Positions 39,496 through 52,841 of a stretch of 64,000 nucleotides of DNA are shown piece after piece. A program made the translations under genes and the position numbers. Below the pieces are notes generated by a model. It saw only the letters and a list, made by a program, of their open reading frames with translations. It was not told where the DNA came from and did not search any database. The first letter of the stretch is position 1. The number at the start of each line of letters is the position of its first letter. This stretch comes from Eledone cirrhosa (Eukaryota): assembly GCA_964016885.1 (NCBI GenBank), contig OZ024740.1, forward strand, positions 127,906,001 to 127,970,000, given 5' to 3'.

Positions 39496-40604
39496 AATTC
39501 CATATATGGTCAAAGTGATTGTCAAAAATCAGTAGTAATTCTGTGGTTGCAAATTAGTAGGGGAGATGGTGGCTAAACCTGCCAGTAGGAGAAAGAGGGG
39601 AGGGGGTGGAGTAGACCCAATCAAGCGTTGGTAGTGCCAGCTACAGCTGGGCATGAGGTCAAAGAAGATACAGGGGAGGGGGAGGGGGAGGAAGTCGGAA
39701 CGGTAAGTAGAACAATGGGGGGTAGAAATAGGAAAGAAGAAATACTGAGAGTGAAGAAAAGCAAATAAGTGTAAAGATAAAAGTAAAGTAAATTAAATTC
39801 TACGACCTAGGTGTCAGGCTATTGTTAGGCGAGAATAAAATAAAGAAAGAAAGAAAGAAGTAAATAAATAAATAAATAAATAAATAAGGAAATAAGTAAA
39901 AGAACTAGGTGGGACGTAATAGGCAAGGACCCTTTTAAGAGGTATAAGTACGTAAATGATACGGTGACGGGTCAACAAAAGGGGCCAAAATACTAAAGAG
40001 ACTACCACGAAATAAACAATAAAGGTTTCCATCCCGGGCCAGCAACGACCCAGTGCAGCAAAGTGAACTTGTACGAGATAATAATTCTGAGTCCCGAGAA
40101 AAATATATACTAATGCTAACTCTAAAAGATCTAAAACAAGCTACATGAAAGTTCGTACGAAATACAGGTAGAATACGGAGAAATAAATTCAGAATTCACC
40201 CCGCCCAGAAGAAAGGCGAAGCAAGAAATACTGAAACGAAAAAATAAGGCATAAGTACAACTAAGAAAAATATAGAGGGCACAGAGAATAGTGGGAGCGG
40301 TCGGAAAAAGGGGGCAAGTATCCGGGGTCTAAGCCAACTGCTATAAAGGGCGGAGTCCGCCAAATCTATCAAAGACTAGGGGAGGGGGGGGGGGGGTACT
40401 AAGGCTACATGGGGCCAAAGGGCAGCCTCGGGTGGGCGAGAAAAGACGCCGACAAAGGAGAAGAGCTGGGGTAGAAGGACAAAGGAGAGAGGGGGGAAGG
40501 AAATAAAGGAAGCGATAAAAGAATACAAAGAAGATCTTACGTCTTCCTTGGCAAGCAGGGGTTACCCATTGCAAAATCGGCAACTGGGGTGTTATAGCCC
40601 TAGT

Positions 40605-42445
40605 CTACCCCCCCCCCCCCGGGTCATTATGGGGTTTGAGGGCGAGGTAAGTCCTACGCAATCTATGTTTACATGCAGTAACCAGTTCATCTTTCTTGTT
40701 TAGGAGTTGGTCCGTCGAAAACAGCATTTGTAAAGTTTCCTCCGAGCATAAATTGCACGGACGGCGTCCTCCCGTGTAAGAATTGGCTCTGGACAGTAAT
40801 CTCCAAGTGAGATCATAGGTGATGTTGTTGTCCTTGAGGTCCCATATGTGGCCCGAAAGTGTAGTGGCGTGACGCCGGGCCGGGTTTCGGAAGGTATGTC
40901 TATGTTGGTATAGCCGGGTCTTGAAGTCACATGCGGTAAGTCCTATATAGGCTTTGTTGGAGGTATCCGTCCTCACGTTGCACTGGTAGATCACATTACG
41001 GTCTCTGCATCTATTGTCGAGTGGGCAAATAGATCTATCCGGGCAGTTACACCTCCTGGTCGGTTCTCCACTGCTATTTAGGTTATTTCTGCCATCGGGG
41101 TTGAGTTTTTTGTTGTTAGAGGAGACGATGTTTTGTGCGAAGTTTGGTGTAGTGCTGTAAGAGAGTTTGAAGGTATTTTTGTTAATTGTGGTAGCGGTGT
41201 TGTAATGGGAAGTGTTTTTCAATGAGCCTAAAGAATAGTTTCCCGATGGGAGTAGTCACCTCTGCGTTGTGGGGAGGATTGAACCATGTTACATTGCGTG
41301 AGCGGCGGTGTCTCCTGCTGGTTCCGCTAATGGGAGCTGGACAGTAGGATATTTCCTCCCGGAAACCACTCCGCTTGAGGGCCTGGTTGTAATAAGGCGC
41401 ATGTTCATCGAATATCCGCTCATTAGCTGACAAACGGGATATGCGGAGGGAGATGTTTTTGACCAGGTTGTTTGTGATGTTCCTAGGATGGTTTGATCGG
41501 CGGTGGATGTAGTGCAGATTGTCATTAGGTTTCCTGTATGGGTAGTACAGGTCGTTTTCGAGGTCGAGGGTTACGTCCAGGAAGTTTACTCGGGTCAGGG
41601 ACGTTTGTAGGGTTATTTTAAATCCCCAGTCGCGGAAGAATCTGATTAATTGTTTCCGGACCCGATCTGTACTACTGGGGTTGTACCCTTTAAGGGTAAG
41701 GAGCCCATCATCACGGTACAATCCACCACCGAATGCAGGAAACATATCAGTGAGTATGGCTATTAGGAATAATCCTATAAGATCAGTGACCTCCGCCGAA
41801 TCCGTGGCGCCCATGCTGACGTCGAAGGGTGAGTCGGGAGCTCTTTTTATCCATTTAGAGTCGTCAAAGAGTAAGACTGTCTTCCTGGCGTGGAGGATGA
41901 TTTTTCTTTCCTGGTCGGTGATGGGCACGAGTGTTTCGGCGAAGTCCAAGGCGGCAGTAAGTAGCGGTAAGGTGATTGAAGCATAGTAGCTCTCTATGTC
42001 GAACTGTATGAATTTAGTTTCTCGTTTATCCTCCATATTGCTGAACCAGGAGATTACTTCCTGGGTGTTGATCCATAGGCTAAGTCGGGTGTGTTGCTTG
42101 ACTTTTGGTATCACGCGGTCTAGGATTTTTTTGCTGATTCTCCCTATGTCGGACTTCGTTGGGTTAATAAGCCTGATGGAGGGTTTACGGTCAAAATCGG
42201 ATTTATGGTCCTTCAGTGTAAAGTATGGTGTCCGTGGGTCTAGAGGTTCCGTGCGGTCGGCGACCCCGAGGTTGGAGGTGATTTGTTGTCCATCTCGATT
42301 TATGTCCTCGATGCAAGAGTGGTTGGCCTTTTTATAGGTGGAGTTTAGGCTGCTCCTGATCAGTGTGTGGTATCTGTCAGGGTTGACAAAGTATAGGTTC
42401 CCAGTTTTATCCGAATGCACCATGATGTCATTTGTGTTATCACAC
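40605..42445 (-). pseudogene. PLE RT + C-terminal GIY-YIG endonuclease, one frameshift near 41185
   Basis: DKTGNLY, RLINP, QFDIESYY, SMGA, LYRDDG, NFLDVTLDL, SNHP; linker CNC-x5-C-x5-C; VIY..AYIG..FKTR..QH; CNLC..E. Confidence 0.9.
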
Positions 42446-43437
42446 TCTCTTTGTCCTTCTACCCCAGCTCTTCTCCTTTGTCGGCGTCTTTTCTCGCCCA
42501 CCCGAGGCTGCCATTTGGCCCCATGTAGCCTTAGTACCCCCACCCCCCCTCCCCTAGTCTTTGATAGATTTGGCGGACTCCGCCCTTTATAGCAGTTGGC
42601 TTAGACCCCGGATACTTGCCCCCTTTTTCCGACCGCTCCCACTATTCTCTGTGCCCTCTATATTTTTCTTAGTGGCACTTATGCCTTATTTTTTCGTTTC
42701 AGTATTTCTTGCTTCGCCTTTCTTCTGGGCGGGGTGGATTCTGAATTTATTTCTCCGTATTCTACCTTTATTTCGTACGAACTTTCATGTAGCTTGTTTT
42801 AGATCTTTTAGAGTTAGCATTAGTATATATTTTTCTCGGGACTCAGAATTATTATCTCGTACAAGTTCACTTTGCTGCACTGGGTCGTTGCTGGCCCGGG
42901 ATGGAAACCTTTATTGTTTATTTCGTGGTAGTGTCTTTAGTATTTTGGCCCCTTTTGTTGACCCGTCACCGTATCATTTACGTACTTATACCTCTTAAAA
43001 GGGTCCTTGCCTATTACGTCCCACCTAGTTCTTTTACTTATTTCCTTATTTATTTATTTATTTATTTATTTACTTCTTTCTTTCTTTCTTTATTTTATTC
43101 TCGCCTAACAATAGCCTGACACCTAGGTCGTAGAATTTAATTTACTTTACTTTTATCTTTACACTTATTTGCTTTTCTTCACTCTCAGTATTTCTTCTTT
43201 CCTATTTCTACCCCCCATTGTTCTACCTACCGTTCCGACTTCCTCCCCCTCCCCCTCCCCTGTATCTTCTTTGACCTCATGCCCAGCTGTAGCTGGCACT
43301 ACCAACGCTTGATTGGGTCTACTCCACCCCCTCCCCTCTTTCCCCTACTGGCAGGTTTAGCCACCATCTCCCCTACTAATTTGCAACCACAGAATTACTA
43401 CTGATTTTTGACAATCACTTTGACCATATATGGAATT

Positions 43438-43531
43438 ACCCCTTGAGAAGATCGGCTATTTAAATACCAGGATAAATTTTCATTTAGTCCAGAATTAGCC
43501 GTCGAAACGGCTTGAGCTCAGCTGTCGGGGT
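43438..43531 (+). ncRNA. Type I hammerhead ribozyme (U3-A8 variant)
   Basis: Stem I ACCCC/GGGGT; core TTGAGAA; stem II GA(T)CGGCTA/TAGCCGTC; GAA; stem III ACGGC/GCTGT enclosing palindromic TGAGCTCA; GUC site at 43526. Confidence 0.75.
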
Positions 43532-43541
43532 CTTACTGGTT

Positions 43542-43598
<57 letters not shown>

Positions 43599-43982
43599 GT
43601 TGAAGCACTCCAAAAGTCTTTTATAAAAAAGATAGATGGCATGACAGGCGATATTTAATGAACTTGTCACGTGACAGCCATAATTTCATTTATAACCAAT
43701 CAAATTACATTTAAAAAAATAAAGCTTTCGTGAGCACCTTTTTTTAAGTAAAACGTAATTCAAACACTCATATATGAAAAAACAACCTGAGCCCCCCACC
43801 CCCCTTGTTTGAAGAACTTTGTAACGCGAACTGGCGCGAAATTTATTATACTTATTGACCAACCAATCAAATTACCTCTCTAAAAACCTGGCGTTTCGAG
43901 CCACTTTTTTCCATATAAAACAAGTAACATTCAAAGACCAACCAGATGTGAAAAAAACCACAGACCCTCCATCTCAACTCTA

Positions 43983-44018
43983 CTTTTGAAAAGCAGAAGA
44001 CCTGCGAAACCGGTAAAG
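43983..44018 (+). ncRNA. Minimal hammerhead ribozyme candidate (U3-A8 variant) in a PLE terminus
   Basis: CTT-TTGAAAA-GCAG(aagac)CTGC-GAAAC-CG-GTA-AAG; related mutated copies at 54670-54705 and 62196-62232. Confidence 0.6.
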
Positions 44019-44145
44019 CAACCAAATAAATATATTTTTTTTTTAAAACAAGACTCCAGTTGTATTTTCGATTTCATCTTTTTTGTCATTATACTTTCAC
44101 TCGTGTAGGACACCTCGGTTATTTTTCACTCTGTAAAAAAACCAC

Positions 44146-44218
<73 letters not shown>

Positions 44219-44222
<4 letters not shown>

Positions 44223-44980
44223 TAGATTTAGTCCTTCATCAGTGACCTTCCAAACTTCATTGGTATTTCATCGCTTTAAAGACCATATACCTCCGTTTGG
44301 TGCGAGCAACGGCTAAAGAAATTCGTTGGGACCCGTAAATAAGGGGAACGAGCAAGACAGTAAACAATCAAAGATGGTAATGCAACGAAAGGTGAGGAAG
44401 AAGGAGTCAAGTCCCTGAAATCGATGAACATAAGTTCTGTGAAATCGTGGACCAGAGAGAATAAAGACCATCAAACCTGGTCGAAATGTGAGCAAGGAAA
44501 GAATTCCGCACAGGTCAAACGGGAGGAAGAAGGAGTCAAGTCCCTGAAATCGATGAACATAAGTTCTGTGAAATCGTAGACGAGAGAGAATAAAGACCAT
44601 ACGACCTGGTCGAAGTGTGAGTGGGGAAAGAATCTCGCACAGGTCAAACGGGAGGAAGTAGGAGAGGGAGTGGGTGAAAGTGTGAGGAAGAGGCTAACAG
44701 AGAGAGTGACTGCTAGAGGGGGTAAAAGGAAGTGAGAGATACAGAGAAAATGGGAAAGCAGTAAGAAAGAAACAGATGGGTCACAGTGGAGGAAATATAT
44801 ATATAAATATGAAAACATGGCGTGCTGCGTGGTTGCAAATGGGTTACATATGATTAAATTTAGTCATTCATCAGTGATGTTCCAACCTTCATTGGTATTT
44901 CATCGCTTTAAAGACCATATACCTCCGGTTGGTGCGAGCAACGGCTAATGAAAGTCGTTGGGACACGTAAATAAGGGGAT
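44219..44980. repeat. Unclassified element with ~130 bp direct terminal repeats and internal ~125 bp tandem repeats, flanked by (AT)n
   Basis: 44219-44348 ~ 44850-44979; 44395-44520 ~ 44522-44648. Confidence 0.7.
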
Positions 44981-45709
44981 ATATATATATATATATATAA
45001 ATTAATCAACACATATAATTGATTGGCTTACAACAGAAATTAAAGAGACCAGTCATACAATTAGAAAAAAAATCAATATATCACAATGTACAGTAGAAAC
45101 TTGGTGCAATAACGTTTCTCATCACAAACAAATTGGTTTACCATAATTTTTCAGACCATATAACGTTTCGGTTGACGAATTTGCCTCGAGAAACGAGAAC
45201 ACAAATCGGCAACAACAGTTGGAAATGTCGGCGAGAAAGCCTCAGTTGCTGTGTCGTTAGTTACTTTGATTATATTTATCTCTTTTTTACACACGGTCCC
45301 TCTCTCTTTCTCTCTCTTTCTTTCTCTCTCTCTTTCTCTCTCTCTCTATCTCTCTCTCTATTTCTCTCTCTATATATATATCTCTCTCTCTCTATCTCCC
45401 TCTCTCATACACATAGACTTTATTTCTCTCTCAAAATTCCGTAAAGAAAAACAGTTTAATTTACGAACATTTCGGGTGACGAACGGCCTCCAAGATCAAA
45501 TTAAGTATGTTAAACAAGGTTCCTGTGTAGTATTTAATATATTATGCTTATGGTCAACATCAGGTGTAATGTTTCGAATCTACAAGTTACTCAGTAAGGG
45601 CACTGAAAATAATCCTACATATTCTAAATGTTAGTGCTTACGTCAGAGATATATTTTATATTTTGTCTGAAAATATATATATATATATATGCGTGTGTGT
45701 GTGTGGGGT

Positions 45710-45762
<53 letters not shown>

Positions 45763-45764
<2 letters not shown>

Positions 45765-46085
45765 AGAGTGTTGAAGATTGCTTGAAGCATTGTGGAATAA
45801 TAAAATATTTGATCGTTTTGGAAGCCTGACAATGGAGATGGCTATATCTCCGGGTAACAGAATCTGGTGGTGAAGAGAGAGATGTAAGAGGAAATGTAGA
45901 AGGCGATGTATAGTGTGTAGAGGAGCGTAGGAAAAAGCGTAAAAAATAGAAATAACAACACCTTGGGAGAGATTTAATTGTCCCTATAATTTGGATTTCG
46001 CATCCATCAACTGGGGGGGGGGGGCCGAGAGGGAAAGTTATCTGTCGGAGAGGAACTGTACGTGGCCTCTGTTGTCCGCCGTGTA
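45763..46085 (-). mobile_element. Diverged PLE terminal fragment (family of 32620-33601)
   Basis: Reverse complement matches the 33290-33600 terminus including the tail ..GCTTCAAGCAA..TTCAA.ACTCTC. Confidence 0.7.
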
Positions 46086-46094
46086 TTTACACTC

Positions 46095-46127
<33 letters not shown>

Positions 46128-46362
46128 GCGGAGTAGAAATTCATAGATGAAAGATAAAGGAAAACGGTGCCCAATCTGTTGCAAGAGCGCTTCTTTAGTA
46201 TAAACAAAGTTTCATACATTTTACATATATGTGCGGCTATTGCTTCGGATTCCAACTAACCCTTAATTCGGGCAAGTGGAGAAGGTTAACTGGAATGCGA
46301 AGCCAGTGGTAACACATAAATTTTGAGTATATGAAAATTTATTTATAATATATTTCTATATA

Positions 46363-46557
46363 CTATAAAGAGTCAGGACACCGACAGTTTGGCTCTTGCC
46401 GTTTCAAGAGCTAGTTCCAGACTGGAACTAGCTGTTGAAACGACAAGAGCCAAGGTATCGTTGTCCTGACCCTTTATAACCATACTCAACTACCCTAATT
46501 ATCAAGTACTCAGTTCAGTAATGGTCAAACCAGTTTCAAACTGAATCCATCCTGACT
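46363..46557 (+). mobile_element. Miniature PLE hairpin plus tail
   Basis: Palindrome 46363-46480 containing a GAAAC hammerhead 3' half; tail CCATACTC.ACTACC..AGTACTC resembles 30526-30605 and 39310-39387. Confidence 0.65.
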
Positions 46558-46725
46558 TATATATACAGAGTTTCAGAAGATCCCGTTAAGGGTGAAAGCA
46601 GCGATTCTTTCCTTAAACTTTAATCTGTTATTTTAATAAATATTTGCCCTACGGTTCTTATATATTTGATATATATTTATCCTTATCGAGCCCTCTTTGG
46701 ATTTTAGTCTTCAAATTTATTTTAT

Positions 46726-46784
<59 letters not shown>

Positions 46785-46788
<4 letters not shown>

Positions 46789-47303
46789 CAAGGTTTAGCA
46801 AAAGAGTAAAAGTTTTAAAATAAATTTTAAAAAGTTAGTTCACTGTACTTACTATATGTGCCTTTACTGCCGTTTCCAATCCCAAAATAAACAGATAATC
46901 CAAGCGGATTTCCATTGAGAAAGAGATTTTGGTCAGAAGGCTTTTCTTACTCGGAAAATATAAAATTCTCGAGTTCAAATCACAAACTGGCGCCATACAA
47001 AACTGTTCCCGAATAAGAGTGAATTAGGAAAGACAATTTTGTCTAGTGCCGTGTGTAAGGACATTAAGCAGAGCGGAGAGGTCAATGTCCTGCTACTAAA
47101 AATAGCAGCAGTTCAAACGACCAAAAGATTTCTCAACCTTAGGGGAAAATAATAATAAAAGTATGTGTAAAAAATGCATGTAAAAAATACATATAGGGAT
47201 ACAAGTATTGTTCATCCGTATGCCGATGTGGTTGTATGGTAGGTTAATAAATTAACAAGCCAGAACATATAAAATCAAGGTTTAGCAAATAGAGAAAAGG
47301 TTT

Positions 47304-47306
<3 letters not shown>
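46785..47306 (-). mobile_element. Small hammerhead-bearing element in tandem/permuted form
   Basis: Direct repeat AAAATCAAGGTTTAGCAAA at both ends; homologous to 54929-55445; degenerate hammerhead 46860-46941. Confidence 0.65.
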
Positions 47307-47351
<45 letters not shown>

Positions 47352-47522
47352 ATAAACAACACAATACTATTGTTCCATTTACCAAACGTTTCAGGAAGAC
47401 AGTCGATCTCTGCAAAGACGTCTGAAATCTTTCATCAGAAGGAAAAGTGTTATTACATATTTAAAGAGCTCTGTAGCATACATAGAGCACTTGCCTTTCC
47501 TTTACCCTTTCTATGGAAATAC

Positions 47523-47564
<42 letters not shown>

Positions 47565-49229
47565 AATACATATATAAGATATTTATGGCTATGTCTAGTT
47601 CGAACATTATTCAAATTAGTAATCCATATTTTAAGGAAAGTAGAACCACTATCAAAACCAAATAACTGTTCTCTCAACATCATTATCATTAACTGATCTT
47701 ATTTCTATCACTATTATCATTACTGTCACTACTACCACAACAAACACATCCATACCCACCATCATTGTCACATTGCTTCCGTATTAGATTCCAACATGAC
47801 GTAATACAGACAATTAGCTTTCAAATACCATTCTCTCGAGCAATTTATTTTATTTATATTGCAATAGATGAACAGTTGCATAGTTGATTAAAGATTTGCA
47901 CTCGGCCTTTCACTGGTTCACTGCATTTCTGATAGCCAGAATGACAACCATATAGCGCCAGTAAAACACGGCGAAGAACAATTATCACAGATGGTTCCGT
48001 GCAAAATGAACCGGCTTTCCGTTTATATCACCCATGTTTAAATGCATCTCACATACACCCACGCACACTTGCATAAAATATATACATGTATCTTAGAAGC
48101 GACTAAGCTGAAATATAGAGGGGGATATCCAGGATGTTTCTACTTCTTCGGGAAATAGAATGATAGATAGAATAATTAGGACACACAATATTAAGAAAAG
48201 GAACATTCAGAAACAAACATTTGGATATTTACACCAATTTGAGCTATGTTCTCTCCATTATAGAAAATCAAGCTAATTTCTAGGCGCCGACCATCTAACA
48301 TTACTTTTGATAATAGTGAAACTGTGAAACCGTTTAATTTAATGAAAATATATATTCTTATGGTTGCCAAGTAACTTTTCAAATTTATTTCTTTTTACAT
48401 AATCATTATTAATATCGTCGGATGCTTTTGAGGTAATATTTTACAAATGGATGCTCTTCCTGACACCAAACATATTAGTCTACCCTTACCACACAGAGGT
48501 ATATGATCTAGCTATTCTACTCCCGATACACATGTATTTACGGAGGCGTATGCAGGGCTTTGAAATTGAGGAGTTTGCTTCGCAACATTGTGTCTGATAC
48601 AGTCCCACGGAATAACACTTTGGGTAAAATGTATCTTTCTGCTATAGTTACATAAAAACTACTTTGCGAATGAAATTTTTCTCTGGTTACCTTTTGTGTC
48701 CCTACCTGTGCCGACAAAAGGAAATCGATAACATGTGCACTAAAATTGACAAATATATGTTCTGGGGTTCAATATAACCATATAAGTTATTGTAAGGTGT
48801 TTCCTTGGCATAGTCACTGTTTGGTGATTGAAACCAGTAAAGGAATAAAAGAATATGTTCAGCTAGGTCATCTTTTTCAAATATTTACATATATAGAGTT
48901 TCCATATTTGGTTTGTTTGAATGTTGATCACAGGTAGCCACATTCAGGTGGATCTGTTACTCAATTGTGAGTGATTACAAGAACATGCGTCGAAATGAAA
49001 TAATAATTCGATGTTTGAATAATTTCGTAAAGCAAAATTATTTCAGGAGCAATTTTAATATTGCTTTCAAGCATATGCTGTTTCCTTTTCTATACACGTA
49101 AACTTATGTTAGTGAAAGGATTAATTGATTGTGAAATTCGTTGTAGAAATGTGTAGAATATTAATCCCATATTGCTGTAATAAATTTTACACACCGTTTC
49201 AAATAATATTTTAAATAACTTTAATTCAT

Positions 49230-49307
<78 letters not shown>

Positions 49308-49437
49308 TATATAGAGATATATAGAGATATAGATATATATATATATTCAGATTGTGAAACGTTCTATGGTCACTTAGCTGTATCTAAGATTTCCCAGGTA
49401 CTGTTGCCAGATTATTATTTCATTAGAATATATATAA

Positions 49438-49565
49438 GGGTTGGTGGATGGCAGTATTGGTAGAGGGTCAGACGCCATGCTTTCCACCATAGAGTTAGGG
49501 CCCTTGCCATTCTGAGTTCAAATCCTGCCGAGGTTAACATTGCCTTTCCTCCTTACGGGGTCTGG
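49438..49565 (+). mobile_element. tRNA-derived SINE
   Basis: Pol III A box TGGCAGTATTGG and B box GAGTTCAAATCC; no cloverleaf. Confidence 0.7.
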
Positions 49566-50302
49566 CCTTCTGCCAAAAGTAGAAACAATTATTTCATTAG
49601 AATTTTGTCTTTTACGCAGATGTTTCTTTTCTTTTTCTTTTTCTTAATTTCGAGATAACGTAAGGTCTTTGTTTGTAAAATATGCTGTCATGCGTGAAAT
49701 GAAATTAGAAACTCTCTCGCACAGAAGGGTCATAGAAAAAAAATATATGAACGAAATCTCAATGATAACTATGACACTGTCTTTTCAGGTCATATGAACA
49801 TTTAATAGCCGAATGAATATGGTATATATATATATATATATATAGATAGATATATATATATATATATAATTGCATCGATGAACCCAGCTGCTCTATACAG
49901 CGCTGGGTTTTTTTGATTTGTTTTAATGGAAATTGAATTGATAAGCAACTAGAACTGTTTGAGAGAATTTGTCAATTTATCTATTCTAAGAATGTCAAAC
50001 TGTCTGTCAGCAACTTAATGTATTCTATTTATTTACATAGCTGGAAACCATAAACTTTAGGTTTGTGGAAGTGGCGTTATCTGGCAGTTCCTATTTGGAT
50101 ATTTCGTGAAAAGATGTGATATTGGATAGTTCGAAGCGGTTTTCGTATTAATAATATAGAAAACATCATTGAATATGTAGAAGAGAAAGTAAGAACAAGG
50201 AGGATTGCTCATTGTATAACGTATTTTGAGCTAGAAAAAAGTAATGGGTTCTGATTTAGACAAAAATACCAACAATTTTGAGGTGGAGAAACACGATTAA
50301 AT

Positions 50303-50460
50303 TGACCCCACTACAGTACTGGTACTTTATTTTCTCGATGCTGTAAAGTTGAAAGGCAAAGCTGTCAGTTGGATTTGAACGTAGAAGGTAAAGGGACCCA
50401 ACTAAATGCTGCAAAGCGTGTGTTGTCCGATGGTCTACCAATACTGCCAATCCACAATCC
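50303..50460 (-). mobile_element. tRNA-derived SINE (same family)
   Basis: Minus-strand TGGCAGTATTGG ... GTTCAAATCC. Confidence 0.65.
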
Positions 50461-51210
50461 TTAATCCTGGTACTATAATACAAACTATTATATATTTTTA
50501 TTTTGGGCAGCTGATAAAAATGGAATGCAACCATTTTAAGTAAGGACAAAGATCAGCCCTAACTTGATAACGTGATTTTGATACATTCGGTAACATGATT
50601 TTGATAAATCAACATCTGAATATGACATTATCTCTCAAATGTAGAGTATTCGACCAGTTTATAGTGCCAGGCATGGTTCATGAAGCAAAGACATTGGCGA
50701 TGACTACCGAAAAGAGGAGAAACTTAGAACAATATAAAACATAGAAAGATACATGTTAGAAATTACTAAAAAGAGAAACTTGTCAATGGATAGGAACAAA
50801 CTTGTCAAATGGACAAGTGAACAAAGAAACTTCAAAAGTTGGGATTTGCCCATCGAGAAAGATGACGACTATGATAATGGTCTGTCGTTTCTGGATTATT
50901 CATGTGGCATAATCTCTTAAATATTATATGCTGAGTCTATCTAGCTTCAAATTTGCGATTATGTTTAGTACCAGGTCTACCCTGATCGGTTTGATTTACG
51001 ATCATAGGTATCACTGAGTGTCTTCCTTTTAAATATACGTCATCAAGAACTATGGTAACTAATGTGTTTTCCTTTATTTTTTTAAGAAGGTTTGATATAT
51101 TTGGCTTCGATGTCAAGCTCATCAAACGAACACTTAAACAATTTACCTCGCTGTCATTAGCGTTATGTTATTATTTAGACCGATCTCAGTCGTGATCATT
51201 TCTATTTCAC

Positions 51211-51314
<104 letters not shown>

Positions 51315-52801
51315 TATGTGTGTGTATGTATGTATGCGTATGCAACTACATTGTCAAACGTGTCCTTCCTTTGTTAGAAACGGTGCTACGTTTAACTGGA
51401 ACAGATCATAGGACCTTATAGAGGATTCACCACTGGCTCGTAGATATTTCAGACAGTGAGTTGGAAAAATATTCAATTTGTAACTGTATTGATCTTGCAG
51501 CAACAAACAATTATATTTTCGCAGTAGTAACTCAACTACATTGTTTTGAATATAATATATTTTTGACACAAATAATTTCTCATATACCACTGAATATTAT
51601 AATATCATAATAGAAACTGTTATGAAATAGCCTGACTTAATCAATGAAATATATTTATATATCTTCGTATATTGGAATTGTTTAATTTCGTCAGTTTCTG
51701 AAATAAATCTTGCCAACTAAATTAATATAACTCTGAAGTATACAAATAAGTAATATTTGGGTGTTATTTTTTCTTACTCTATATATGAAGCGTGTTTAGA
51801 AATGAAAGAGTAAATGAAATCAGAATAAAGAAAAACATTAATGAACTGTACAAAATAAAACAAGTAATTACATATTTAACTGAAGTACTTTAAGAAACTA
51901 TTTTGAAGCAAAATATTAAATAAATGGTTATCTTTCTAAGCAAAACACCATGTTAACAATATGCTTGGAAATTAAATTACTATAAAACATACGATTTACA
52001 AAAGAGTGCTTCGAGGAAATCATAGAAAAAATAATATTCAAACAAAATATAAGTGGGAATAAAAGAAGAAATAGTGCATGAAAACACACTACTATTAAGA
52101 CATAATATCGTTGGTAGAAGACATTCTGTCTGTATTATTTGAAATGAAATGTGCACGGCAATTTATGGAGAAAAGTAGATGAAAAATCAATTATGTCAAA
52201 AATCATATCAAATGAAATATAATTTCATATTTACTTTATTTTTCTGGCAATACATGATGTCTGAATATTGTTTTACCGATATGACTGGCATTGCATTTAA
52301 GACGTCATCTGGAAGAAAATACGTAATTTATAGTTGGTTATAAAATACTGTTTGCCTTAAATGATTCAGCAGGTTTGGGTTTGGATTTATTTTCAAAAAT
52401 TGTTAGTGACCAAACGTAACAGATGCTGGCTGGAAGAAAATGAAATAGCTTCGATTCATATCTTAAAATCGGCATAATAACAAAAGAACCAAATGAATTT
52501 TCACTGCTGTGGTGATACAAAATGTATGGAAATAGTGTGAATGACGCAGTGATAGAGAATGCAATTAAATAGATATTAACATAGGCAAATATAAATGCAC
52601 ACATGTATCATACAGTCTACCTTTCATGCACGCTCTCTCTCGCTCTCTCTCCCTCTCGCTTTCTCTCTCTCTCTCTCTGTCACACACACACATGTATATA
52701 TATAGTGGTGGAACGCTGGAAGGTAATATCCGTAGTAGTAGAGCACTCAGTCCATGAGACGAGTTAGGTAGAAGTGGTTACACAACAGTTAGTTCACCAT
52801 A

Positions 52802-52841
52802 CCGAGAACAATTGTTTCACCTTAGCAGATCCTCAGCTCGG
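52802..52841 (-). ncRNA. Minimal hammerhead ribozyme
   Basis: CCGAG-CTGAGGA-tctgctaaggt-GAAAC-AATT-GTT-CTCGG; palindromic stem III loop; weakened stem II. Confidence 0.7.

Larger units (their letters stand above)
39310..43546 (-). mobile_element. Penelope-like element, 5'-truncated, with ~1.1 kb inverted terminal repeats, inserted in (AT)n
   Basis: RT + GIY-YIG on minus; 39388-40484 is the reverse complement of 42449-43546; extra ~80 nt tail 39310-39387 on one arm only. Confidence 0.9.

Noticed and set aside
42445-42543. N-terminus of the 453-aa PLE ORF
   Set aside because: Derives from the inverted arm fused at the truncation point, not the real protein start
42561-43119. Hydrophobic ORFs in the PLE inverted arm (also 39814-40032)
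   Set aside because: No recognisable domain; T-rich composition and (TTTA)n explain them
47373-47445. Minus-strand CTGATGA...GAAAC hammerhead candidate
   Set aside because: Stem II does not close next to the core and stem I is bulged; at best a decayed copy
49438-49530. Possible tRNA gene
   Set aside because: A and B boxes are present but spacing and lack of a cloverleaf indicate a SINE head
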